Assembly (NCBI GenBank): GCA_977016875.1
Contig: CDRNST010000289.1
Span: 620,001 to 684,000 of the forward strand
Length of the DNA stretch: 64,000 bases
Direction: 5' to 3'
Source: Pavona decussata
Lineage: Eukaryota
Both the position numbers and the translations under genes were made by a program. This document shows positions 50,477-61,775 of the stretch, piece by piece; within the stretch, counting starts at the first letter, position 1; the number at the start of each line of letters is the position of its first letter. Below the pieces are notes generated by a model. The model ran no database searches, was not told the DNA's origin, and was given only the letters and a program-made list of their open reading frames with translations.

Positions 50477-52685
50477 AGATGGTCTGGAGTTATAACTTGA
50501 AATGCTTTGCTCGTTTGCATGACCGAAGATAAACATGATGTGGCGTAACGGAACGTTGGCGTTTGACCATAGTGTGATGGCGGTAGCTCGCACGGCTAGT
50601 GTACTTCTGGGACGGTCCAGCGCCAAGAGAGATTTCTTTCATCATTGTTGCAAGTGCATTTACTCCGAGAAGGCTGTTCTCGTTACAGATCATATCCAAT
50701 TCTTTGGCTTTCGACGACGGTCATTGGAAAAGTTTCGTGACAAGTTGACGCGAGCAGTTTTGTCTTGACTCTTATCGACAACGGAAAATTAGCCAATCAG
50801 ATTCCAAGATTAGAAACAATCGTGCTAAAAATTTCTTTTTGTTTTTAAACGCGCGCAGTTGGCGATGCAACTTTCCGCCAGCCAAACGCAGGTGGCAGCG
50901 CAGCACCCCATGCTTGAATGTGCCATTCGTATTGGTTTTCCTGTGGGGTGTTGCATACGGACGGTCAGACAGTGGAAATTGTCGTTATAACCTTATCAAA
51001 ATTTCTGGTATTGGTGCGTTACTAAATTTTCTTACCTATGTGGATCCGTGCGCGCGCCTTCAGCACGCGGAGCTCTGCTATCAAAATGAGCGTCAATGTT
51101 TCCGGGTAACAACTATGGTGATAAAAATTCATCGTGTTTCGATGATGAAAATTCACATTAATTTTATAACTACTTGAAAAAAGGAGGTATTGGTGTTGCA
51201 TGGCATGGTATCAAAATTAACACATGTTAGTCGCTTAGTATATGTAATCGCTTTTTATCATTGAAACGGCAGAGAAGTCAAGAATACTGACATACTGCTT
51301 GAGTCATTAGCAGTTTATCGATTGACCATGTGATTTCGATTGAGCATGTGATCGGCAGACTGCGCGTCTCTGTTCATTGAAAATTTTTGAAAATATAAGT
51401 GAAAATTAATCCTTAATTCTGCGAGGACTTATTGGGGTTACGTATTTATAACAGAGAGGGGAACAATTTTTTAAAACTAGCGAGCCACTTCGTAAAACAG
51501 TCAGTCTCGGCCCGGCGTGAAAACACTCACCCGTAAGCAAAACAAACATTTCACCTGTTTGTTAGCGTACAAAACACACAAAAAGAGAAAAGTTGATTGT
51601 TATATACGTGTAATTAAGAGAAGATACAAGTTTAATTCATGAGCAAACTGACAACAATTAAACCAAATGTTAGGCATCAACGGAATGATTTTCACTCACC
51701 TGAACTGTGAAGCTTTCTAACCCTCGACAATAACACGAACGCAGGTCTTCCACTGAATTTGATCTGCTCAGACAATTCGTCCTGTCAAAAGGGAACTGTT
51801 ACGTTCATATTGTTCGTTGGAGCAAGGTGAAAGCACTTGGTAGTAACCATGAATGTTTTCAGTTTTTCAACCAAACAAATCCGATCAAGTTGTTAGCGTT
51901 TGACACAAATAATTTCTTTCTGTTTCTTGTAACAAACGACAGTTTACCTTTAGGAATTCCTTTGTAGCTGTAGCACTTGATTTCCAAGTATTTTTGGCAC
52001 AATATCCCGGCTTAAAAAACCAAACTCCAAAGAACCTGAGAGAAGTTATTGTCGCGGCACAAAATGAAGAAACCAACAAAATGTAGAAATGGCATGCTCA
52101 GCCAATTAGGAGCAGGTATTTTCGCCGCTCGACCAATAAGGAGTGAGTAATTTGCCCTCGGTGAAAGGAAATAACGAAAAAATGTCCTCTGTCTCGACCA
52201 ATCAACATTCAGTAATTCTGCCCTCTATGTTATAACTGACAATAACAATTGAAATCTGCGGGTCGTGGAAAAATATATGTCTGGATCATTCAAATTGCAT
52301 TTTAATAGGAAGGATAGCATATTTTGTTATAGAAAAATACAGCAAATTTTGTTTTTCAGCCCTCAACAACATGGCCTCTTTAAGGTTGCTCTATGTGCAA
52401 GAATTCAGTGGAAATATTTCCTTTGCTGTTATCAGAGCATTTTCCTTGTGAGGAAGGGTACCTCCTGTCAATTTTCAAATGGTGCTGTGAAAACACCATC
52501 AAAATCCCTGAGATGTTTTTATGGTCTCTGAAAGTACCGTTAGCTAAACACTGCCTAAAGTAACGAGGAGTGATTGCTTGGGAACTTAAGGGCAAAGAAA
52601 GATTTTCACTTATGTAGTTCCTCAATGAGCGATTGCCTTCTTAAATAAGCCAAACTTATTTGTTTCTTTTTTTCTTTTTTATTAG

Positions 52686-52753
52686 GAGCAAGTGCATGTT
52701 TTCAGCTAAAACAGTTTGAAGAAGCCATCACGTGGTGTGAAAAGGGATTAGCA
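52686..52753 (+). CDS. TPR module 2, exon C'
   Basis: GASACFQLKQFEEAITWCEKGLA; GTATCCTT donor. Confidence 0.85.
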
Positions 52754-53050
52754 GTATCCTTCACTACAAATGCTCCTACTGAAAAGACTTTTTGTGTTAA
52801 AACTTTACAATAGTCTTTCGTTCTTGCTTTTGTGTGCGTACCCTTGCTCAAGTCTCCTTAGAAAAAAATAGATTCTTTATTCTTCGTGATAATTCAGTCC
52901 AATTTCGTTGTTGACCTTAAACCCCCCATGAATAAGATAAAGATAGAAAGTGAAAGGCAAATAAAAGAAAACAAGCAAACACGTTTGAAGAATTTCTAAG
53001 CTTTTTGTTACTTTTCCAACACGTGTGTTATAAGTCTTGACTAATGTAAG

Positions 53051-53144
53051 ATTGACAAGAATAACCAGAAGTTGGTGGAACTAAGGAGGAAGTCCGTCAA
53101 TGAATACAACAAGCTGCGAGATACAAACGGAGGGGAAGACTCAG
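53051..53144 (+). CDS. TPR module 2, exon D'; the gene probably continues downstream
   Basis: IDKNNQKLVELRRKSVNEYNKLRDTNGGEDS; phase-1 donor; no stop reached. Confidence 0.85.
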
Positions 53145-54285
53145 GTGAATATAATGTCTTTTAAGCAGTTATGGAAACACGGGGCATTGAGGAGACACAT
53201 TAAGATGTCAAGAAGTTTGTGAATTTTTCAAAAGAAGCGCGTATCAAACTAGAAAGAAATTCAGATTTCACGCAGTGTAGTTTCTCTAAGCTTTCTTTTT
53301 CTTTCCAACGGAGAAACTACCAAAATCAAAACTAATTTCATAAGAAAGTCAATTTATAATTTGAAATTTTTTGCACTAGAATTTTGGTGCTAAAATTTAT
53401 TTGTTGGTAACTTTGAATTTCATAAAATGATGTTCAATAGCTTGACTTTGCATCTATTTATTAGAATATGAAAGCAAACCTCTGGGAAATCTAAATTGGT
53501 TGAGTTCAATCTTATTTTTGACTGATTTGACGTTGATGGATTAAAATGTTTATCACGCGGCCGAAGAATGAATACTAGGAGGCATGAAATGGAAACATTT
53601 TTGCCAAACGCAAATCATCAAAACTCAAAATTTACAAATCGGCAGCCTAAAAGGCCAAAACCATAAACAGAAATGTTTTACATGGATATTTTTCACCTAG
53701 AATTCCTTTTTATAAATAAGTTTTTGGACAATTGTTGTGGCTAATGACAGACGCTTTAGTATTATATTGTTTAAAAACGTACTTTTTCGTCCCAAGCGTT
53801 ATCTATAAGAAATGTGAATCGAGAGAGAGACGCTGGGAGGAACAGTTGTCAGTGCATTTCACTGACTTCCTTTTCTCCATGAATCACGTCAGTGAGCGAG
53901 CGGCATATTGAATAAAGTATGCTGACAGGAATTTAAAGCTACTCTGATAACAATATCTGTTTGCTGCTAGCCTTATGCCTTAAACAATGTCTACATATAT
54001 AGATTTGGTTTGATTCCCGTTCAAAGTACCGGGGTCTTTATAACGTAAAGGACCGAAGTACGTTTAAAAGTATAACACATAAAGGCAAAAAGGCACCAGA
54101 GAAGTGCGTTCAGTTTATTCTTATATCAGCCAAATTACCTTGAGTAACAAATCGCTCATCGAAGAAAGCAGTACATTTCTTAGCAGTGTTTTTATTCTTA
54201 AAGATTTTTTGAGGTCAACGTACAAATAGAACTTACAAAGAATTAGTCCTAGTTCGACCATAATTAAATTTTGCGGTCTTTTGCG

Positions 54286-55549
54286 GAAGGCAGCGTGGTC
54301 GAGTGGTTATAGCCTGCGTAGCAAGCGTTTCCCTGGGGTTTTCAGCGTTCTCCGAAGTTTGGTCGAGTTTCTGTTACCCCATCCGCTTTAGTCTGTAACT
54401 GTGAGGAGTGTGTTGCGGGAAGTTAGTATTTTCCTACTGTGTTTTGATTACGCCATAGCATGATTTTCCAATTCTTCCGTGTCGCTCCGGTCAGGGGCTG
54501 CTAAGAGTCCTTCGGGCGCTAGTAAATTCTGTGGCATTTTAAGCAATGGCGAGGCAAGAGCGCGGTTTCGATCCTAATCTTGTGGATCTTTTGAGTTCCC
54601 GATTCCTGAGAAATGATGGACAAGAATTCTCGATATCATTTAAAAAATCGCACTCTTCTTTGAGATTTTATACTCGTTGTAAGAATGGAAAATCCGCTGG
54701 GGCTCGATGGACTTCTATTTTCTTATGATTCGGAAGACTCGCTAAGTTTAAATGCGCTCTGGATGGATTGATACGAATTTTGCGAGCACACGGAGTACAG
54801 ACTCTGTCGGAGTACGTTTTACTTTCATCCACGGTAATCCCAACGCTCCTGCATACACCTTCCCTAGAATAACTCCAAAACATTCCTTCCCTTGAGATGG
54901 CCTAAACAAATTTTTCGTTGATGGTCGATTGTCTGGCTTATATACTTTCAGGAATGCCGTATTTTATGTGGAATTCGACGGTACAGATTAGCCTGCAAAT
55001 ATCGCTTGGCTTGGCCATCTTTGAAGCCATCTTTATTGCGCGATCTCGCTGCATTTGACAACAAATTTACGTAGAGCGCCGTGTTTGTTTTTAAACTTTG
55101 CACGGCACCATTATTTTACTTTGGTTGACATATCCTTTCTTCTCATTGGCCATCTCTTTGACAATTACGCCACTGATGTGTGCTCAAGCGTAAACGCGTG
55201 GAAAGGGCATTTTGCAGAATAGTGGGGTTTGCGGGCAAGCGTTTCTTTTTCCCTCCTTCCCTCCCCTCTGGCATCCTTTTTTTTTGTGTGTGTGTATGTG
55301 TGTGTGTTTTTTTTTTTGCTCTCGCCCCATCTCCTGCGCATCCGAAAATGGGAAATCGGCTCTGGAAAACTGAAAATGCCACAGAAACGTTTGGTACGCA
55401 GGCTAAGTGGTTAGGTCGTCGGACTTGAAATCCGGAGATCCTGGCCTCAAGTCCAACTGACTGACATGACCGGTAGCTGGAGTTGTTTCTCCTTTGCCGC
55501 ACTTGTGAATAGCCACCTGGTCTGCCTCCTGCCAGTTGGGTTTTTTAAC
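54286..55549 (+). mobile_element. tRNA-derived SINE split by an insertion
   Basis: GGCAGCGTGGTCGAGTGGTTA (A box) rejoins to GGTCGTCGGACTTGAAATCCGGAG...TCAAGTCC after the insert is removed. Confidence 0.7.
54310..55405. mobile_element. TAG-terminated TIR element with 8-bp TSD (hAT-like) carrying a decayed Cys-rich ORF
   Basis: TAGCCTGCGTAGCAAGCGTTTC / GAAACGTTTGGTACGCAGGCTA; TSD AGTGGTTA (54302-54309, 55406-55413); - strand SDRVCTPCARKIR. Confidence 0.85.
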
Positions 55550-56599
55550 CATAATATTTTTTATTTTAAATTATTACTTTGTGAAGTTTAAAGCTCAGCC
55601 CCGCTAGCACTTGTGCTATAAACACTGCCGAGGGTAAATAGAGGTTATTTACTTTTTTATTACAAGCATTTCATCCTGCTCTTCGATCGATCTGAATAAC
55701 CAAGAACATTTCGGTCGATATTTGGAGGTCCTTGCGCATTCAATCGCGGACTCATAACACAGACAAAAGACGTATATTGTAAACCCAAAAACGCCGGGTG
55801 CAATGAATTTCCGTGAACTAACAAGTGAATGCCAAATTTTATAATAAGGAACCAGAGAGGAACAAGAACAACTCAAACCTTATCAAAGGTATCTTACTCT
55901 TTGTCAAACGGCAGATTTTGGCTAAATGTTTTTAGTTCTGCAGGAACTCGAAAATGTACGCTGTCGTTCGAGTATCATTTTGTTTTCGTAAACAAAAACG
56001 CTATCCTGGAAACTACCGGGGTTGGCCTGTGGACCATTACTGATTTGACCTGAGGGAAAGGTCAAGGGAAAGATCCTATAAATATACGTAAGTCACATTT
56101 CTTGATCTTATGAATAGCACAAATATACAGTCGACAGAGGCCGAGTTTAACGCGGGTTATGAAATAGCCAAACGTCTCTTAAAAAACAAAATTGGCTAAA
56201 AATATTATCAGAACAAGAAACGTTGTTTTCAACAAGATTCTCGTGATCAGTGTCGTTTTATATTCCGATAATGGTCGTGGTCTTCGGTTCTTCCAAGGGG
56301 GAAGCGAGGATAGCCACTGCTGACAGCCAAGGCAAACCACCTGGGACAATGCGGAGCCATGAACTTAAACTTGTTTCTGTTCAGGAAATCTCTCGCTACT
56401 TTCATCTTCATTCGCTCAACTTATGATCTTTTACCATCTACAACAAAACTCACACAGCGTGGTATCATTGATTCTGACACCTCCGCAGGTGTGGCAGGAC
56501 ACGTACACCTGCAGCCACCGCTAGGTTGACGCTGTGGTATAAGACCCGGTTAAGATGTTATAGCAAGAACCAAATTAGCGAAAAACAACAGCCATCCCG

Positions 56600-56830
56600 T
56601 TCATCCAGACTCTGATCAAGGAAGGAAGGAAGCACCTCGCTCCGACCAACGAGCGAACTGACATGGTTCATTGGTGTAACTGGCTGAGCGGGTATTCTGA
56701 TGGAATGAACGGCAGCGTGGTAGAAAAATATGGGGGAAAGAGCTCACGAAGGGAAAATGACCAGATAGAGAATCTGAGAGCAACTTGCGAAAACAGAGGC
56801 TGGTCATGTCATATTAAGTCGTGTCACACT
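56600..56830 (+). mobile_element. Relic of a restriction-like endonuclease region from an early-branching non-LTR retrotransposon
   Basis: Frameshifted RTDMVHW...AHEGKMTR.ENLRATCENRGWSC resembles the RPD...AHERK..Y..L...C...GW pattern. Confidence 0.4.
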
Positions 56831-57294
56831 AATCCGGAGGTAATGTCAGAGCTTTTATGGCCAATCAAGAAGTACTCTCTTTGTCCTCTCACAATACAGC
56901 ATAGCTTTCAACTCAGCTTCCTGAACTGTGCAATTGGTAATATCCACGTGACCTCCGTAAAAGATTCCACTATGACTTCGTTAAAGGCGGGGTAGCCGTA
57001 GAATTATCCGGAGACGTGCGTTTGGCTGCTTAAAGCGCCAGGTGGACAGGTTATGGAAACGAGGTCGGTGGGGGGAATAGGGAGATGATACTATATGGGT
57101 TTGCACAAAGGCAAAAGGGATCTTGATGATGCGACATATGGTTACAATTTTTTTGGACACATTTCCTCTAAATTTTATTTATCTTTTATCTGTCCCATAT
57201 ATCCGTCTTTAGTGCCATTACTCAAGTGATTATAGAGATTCTGTTGATCTCATTGATGGAAAATGGAATCATTTTTCGAAAATGGCGTCACATT

Positions 57295-58323
57295 CCGCTA
57301 TATTCACCTTGCGCGTGGTGAATATAGCGGACCATTGATTTTCAAAATGGCAGCTTAGCGATTTGTTGATGTTTCTGAGGAAGAAGTAAATACAATGAGA
57401 GGAAATGCAATTGCAAAAGGCACTCAAGATGCAGCTTAGTCCGGGGTGACACTTTTCGAAGACAAGATATAAAAGTTTTGCTAATTGTAATAAAAAATCC
57501 TTGTAAATTGCAGTGGAATTCTTGATGTCGGAACCAGTATAAAACGAAAACAACAAATTAAATTCGCACCAAATTTTCTTATTTAACAGAATTGTTTCAC
57601 TGAAAAAACCAATTTAAGACAGAATTTGAAGTAGTGGAGGTAGAGAAGATGAAAAAAGATCTCTGAGTTTTACTTTTTGGTGAGGAGAAAAGACGGTAGT
57701 TTTAAAAAGAAAACTAGTTTGTTGACGGTTTGAGCAGCCCTCGACACCCATCCGAACTCACCGCCAAGCAACAAAATATTTTAATCTGGGGCATCTGTGG
57801 ACTTGTTTACTGAAGCCGCGAAAGGAAATAAATTCTACCTGAAGCATCCCATCTTCGAGGGAAATTTATAAAAGTTCGTTAACCAGTGAAGTCATCAACA
57901 AGAAATTGTATGACAAAGTGCTAACACGCTTCATCCTCGAGTTTTACACCAAGCAACCTGGTTTATCTCCATATATTTTGGTAAACGGATCAGAGAAACC
58001 CAACAAGTCATTCATTCAATGAAGAAGTCAAATGAATGCTTTTTATCACTGAAACGGCAGAGAAGTCAAGAATACTGACATACTGCTTGAGTCATTAGCA
58101 GTTTATCGATTGACCATGTGATCGGCAGACTGCACTTCTCTGTTCATTGAGGCGTGACAATTTGAAACAAACCAAAAAAATTGACAATTTTCTGACGGTT
58201 CTTCTTTTTCTCTGATGATCACCTGAGAAATTATACTAAAACAATTATTTACCTCGTACTCAGTAAATATTTGTGAATATATTCACCAATATTTACTGAA
58301 CCTTTGGCGAATAATTGTTAAAT
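57295..58323 (+). mobile_element. Crypton-type YR element relic (N-terminal part)
   Basis: Decayed RFVDVSEEEVNTMRGNAIAKGTQDA, VRRKDGS..KKTSLLTV.AALD, and ISIYFGKR. Confidence 0.6.
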
Positions 58324-59353
58324 GATTTCTTTCTGTCACAGTGTACCTAATTCTTGTGAAATTGGCCAACTAAATCGTTGTAAGGCTTTGCAGTTACTAT
58401 ATAGTTTAAACTGCCAAAGTCGCATACAACGAAACCCTGTGTAGTCGAGTTTAGGAGAACCGCCAAAATGTGATCACTCGCCAGCTCTTGCGCATGCTTA
58501 TAACACGAGACAACAAGAAGGCAAGCCACCTGCTTGCGTGTACGGTAACAATACTGTGCATATAAATTCTGACTACCTCAACACGGAGCAGTTCAATGTC
58601 CAAATTAAAAGTGATTTCAACTCTGTTCAGGAAAAAACACAGCAACAAGCACAAGGGTGGAAGTGTTATGTGCCGTCTTGATGGTGATAAGGTCTTTTAC
58701 CCTCTTATGTTGTTAAGAGTGATGGAATTGACTGTTGTATGTTGTTAGATTTTGTTTTATCCAGTTGTTATACTTCTGCTAAGTGATTAGGGATGTTACG
58801 AAAATGACAAACGAATATTAAGGCTAAACGAATTGATATGCTTAAAAAGAGGAGAATTCCGTAACCTGGAAAACCCCCAGGACGAAATTCGACGAAAATC
58901 TACTCTCATTTGAAGAGCACGGAAGCCCATCACAAGGACTGTGAGTTAATTTTGGCTTCCAAGTTATTCTGGTCGCTGGGTTGTACTTTCGGGAAAAACT
59001 GACACTAGACTACTACTTGGCAACCAATGAGAAGCTGTAGCAGGACAACCTCTCTCCACTCCCTTCTAATTAGCAAGGAGATCTTAGAGACCTCTGTAGA
59101 CTGAAATCGGGCGAGGAAGAAGGAACGGGCATGAGTGAAACAGGCCTATAGTGAAATCACCCAAGGGTAAAAGGCTGAAGGTGTTATGGACGCAGCTGAT
59201 CACCTAGCACAGGGAGTTTATTCCTAAGGCGTTTGTTGCACAAACTTTTGTGGAACCTACTTTTAACATTCCCGTCACATCCCATAGCAGTTGTGGAAGG
59301 TCTCCATGACAAACGCGTGATGCCTTACGGCCTAATTAGATGCCAGGAGTTCA

Positions 59354-60104
59354 GGCCCGTTTACACGACCGAAAAATTTGGAACGGCTCGGATAGAAAGA
59401 CGAACGGCTCCGACAAAATTTGACCTGTAAACCGTACTTGACCCGTTCCAGTGTTATCCTTTCCGTTCCTAACAAGGTCCATAGGCGGCTATGGACCCCT
59501 TTCGGAACGGAACCGATAAAAAACGGTTCCGTACCCACATTTTTGTTTTCTTTTCAACGTGTAAACGCTTGACTTTTTTTCGGTACCGTTCTGTTACGTT
59601 TTTTCTGAGCCCGTAGTACTCCACTTCAGCTGATTAGCGTACCTCACAAGCTCATTTCGACTGTGAAGTGCGGTACAAGGGCTGTTAATAGAAGAACCGT
59701 AAGCCTTGTTTTTCTCCAAATTCGGTACATTCTCTCAGAAGTATTTCTCTGAAGAATTGCTCGCACTGTCAAACGTGAATTTCGTGTTTTCTTCTTCAGA
59801 AGAAACCAGAAAAGTACTCGTAAATCCATGATAGTCGGAGATACGCACAGTGTACTGTATGTGTAAGCGCATATGAACAACTAATCGAAGCAGTTTTGTT
59901 TAATTATCGTGGGCTCTATCGTTACCGATCTCGAAGAAAACAACGTGTAAACGGTCTAGTACCCGTTCCAAGGGGCTCTCAAGTACTGTGCCTTTTTCTG
60001 TTAGGTACAATACAGAATTTGTACGTGTAAACAGGAGATTTCGTCTGTAACCGGTACTTGTTTCTAACCGAGCCGTTCTTTCTCTTTTAACGTGTAAAAG
60101 AGCC
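59354..60104. mobile_element. PIF/Harbinger-like non-autonomous element
   Basis: GGCCCGTTTACACG ... CGTGTAAAAGAGCC termini; internal repeated CGTGTAAAC motifs. Confidence 0.6.
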
Positions 60105-60619
60105 TCCTTCGACCTTGCACCATCTCCCTTTCGTATGGGTGCTGTAGACAGTTACCGCTTGTACACGGAGGAAGAACGCAAACCTTATTAAGTGGCTGAA
60201 ATATGTAAACGCCGCTACATGGATCACCAGATAAGTCGTTGAATGACATTGAAAAACGAAAGAGACCTGAAACGACAGGCTGTCGAGATTTTTATGGGCG
60301 TAACCTTTACAATAGAGGTAGCATTCATATGTGCCTGTGCTTGAAGGCATTCCTCTACTACCAGTGGATAAGGAGAGTGCTTATGTAAGGAAGTAACTAT
60401 GGGTAAACCACATAGTTGGATCAAGTCTCATTGTACTTGGAGGGAGCAAGAAACTTTATGAGATTGTTATCTCCTTTTTTGAGTGAGGGGCACACTAACT
60501 AGGAGGACTGTGTCCTTCACAAGGTTTTAGGTATCTTTTACCCGTTTGTAAACCTGGTTGGAAAGTGTGTGCGTTAAAAGTTGGTTTGGGACGCGCAGCT
60601 GTCAGGCATCATGAGACTC

Positions 60620-60880
60620 AAAAGGGAAAAATAGAGTCAGAGTTTACCCATACCAGACAGAACGCTGCTACACGTAGCCTTGCTGATCGCATAGGATCAA
60701 TCTCAGCCAGTCCGTTTGGATGCATAATTATAGGCTATACAGCACCATGGTTTTAGTTTGTATCAGTGGTGAAGGACAGTACAAACAATTTGTTGACAGT
60801 TGGCTGCAAAAGATTGGTGCTGAGTCTGATCTTACATGGAGGCATATCCCCACCCAAGATAACCCAGCTGCTCTTAAGTG
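60620..60880 (+). mobile_element. BEL/Pao LTR retrotransposon RNase H relic
   Basis: LYSTMVLVCISGEGQYKQFVDSWLQKIGAESDLTWRHIPTQDNPA matches the BEL/Pao LDS.V.L.WI...YKQFV.NR...W.HVPT..NPAD pattern. Confidence 0.7.
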
Positions 60881-61339
60881 AACAGGGGAGAAGATAATGA
60901 GTGTACAATAGTTTCTAAACCCTGGCCACCAGAACAAGTTATCCAAATATCTCTAACAAGTACAATGAAAGCTAAAGCTACCCAGGAACTACATGTAAGG
61001 TTGATTCAGTTGTAACTGCCAGGCTTTATGGTGGTCGTTCGCGTCTAGCCGACCACCCGAAAAACTGGAGACGCATGCTAAAAGACGTCCCAGAAAGAAA
61101 CCTCTGCTGGCAGGGTAGGTCTTGAAGCGTACGTTTAAACCGACCAAGGCTATTGACATTTTTTGCAATAGTGTATACGCTGCCCTAACTAGAACGTCAG
61201 CGGCTATTTACAAATTAAGAGTTGAAGAACCGGCACATGTACATAAACCGACCCCAGACCCCAACAGACATAAGAGAGGAGCTTTCTAAAGAGACCACTG
61301 CAGCAATTTTATCAAATAAAACTTTGTGACTCAATGGCT

Positions 61340-61775
61340 CAAGACAGTAATCTAGCACTCTAACAAAAACAAAGAAAACGAACAAAACTCTTGCTTTTTG
61401 TAACAAAATATTATCCGGCAGTGTCTAGCCTAAAACAAGCGCTCATGAACAACTGGAGTGTTGTTAGACAGCAACCTCTACTAAGAAAAAAACAAAGAAA
61501 CTCATCCCGGAATGCAGTCTAAAGCACAAATTAAGACGTTTTTGAAATTTTCCAGAGGCATCTCCAGTGGATAATATATGAAGGGATAAACAACGCAATG
61601 CTGCCTCTAGCCTGCACATTGTGTGGCATATAAGAAGTTAAAAAAAGAAATTTGCTTCGGCTGACTGGTTTCATACAAGGAGAACATGCTCTGAAGGACA
61701 AACTTGTTCGAAAAAAAATTTAATAAGAGTGAAACATGCACGAGGGACTGAGTCGCAAAAGGCTGCTCGCCCTCT
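61340..61775 (+). mobile_element. Penelope-like 3' relic
   Basis: LLFVTKYYPAVSSLKQALMNNWSVVRQQPLL ... SYK...LKDKLVR. Confidence 0.5.

Larger units (their letters stand above)
49700..50770 (-). mobile_element. Crypton-type YR (DUF3504-like) C-terminal relic, interrupted by a Penelope insertion
   Basis: LGVNALATMMKEISLGAG..KYT..VRATAIT..HIMFIFGHANEQSISSYNSRPS, continuing as RPSVNQLKNCSNIL beyond the insert. Confidence 0.7.
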
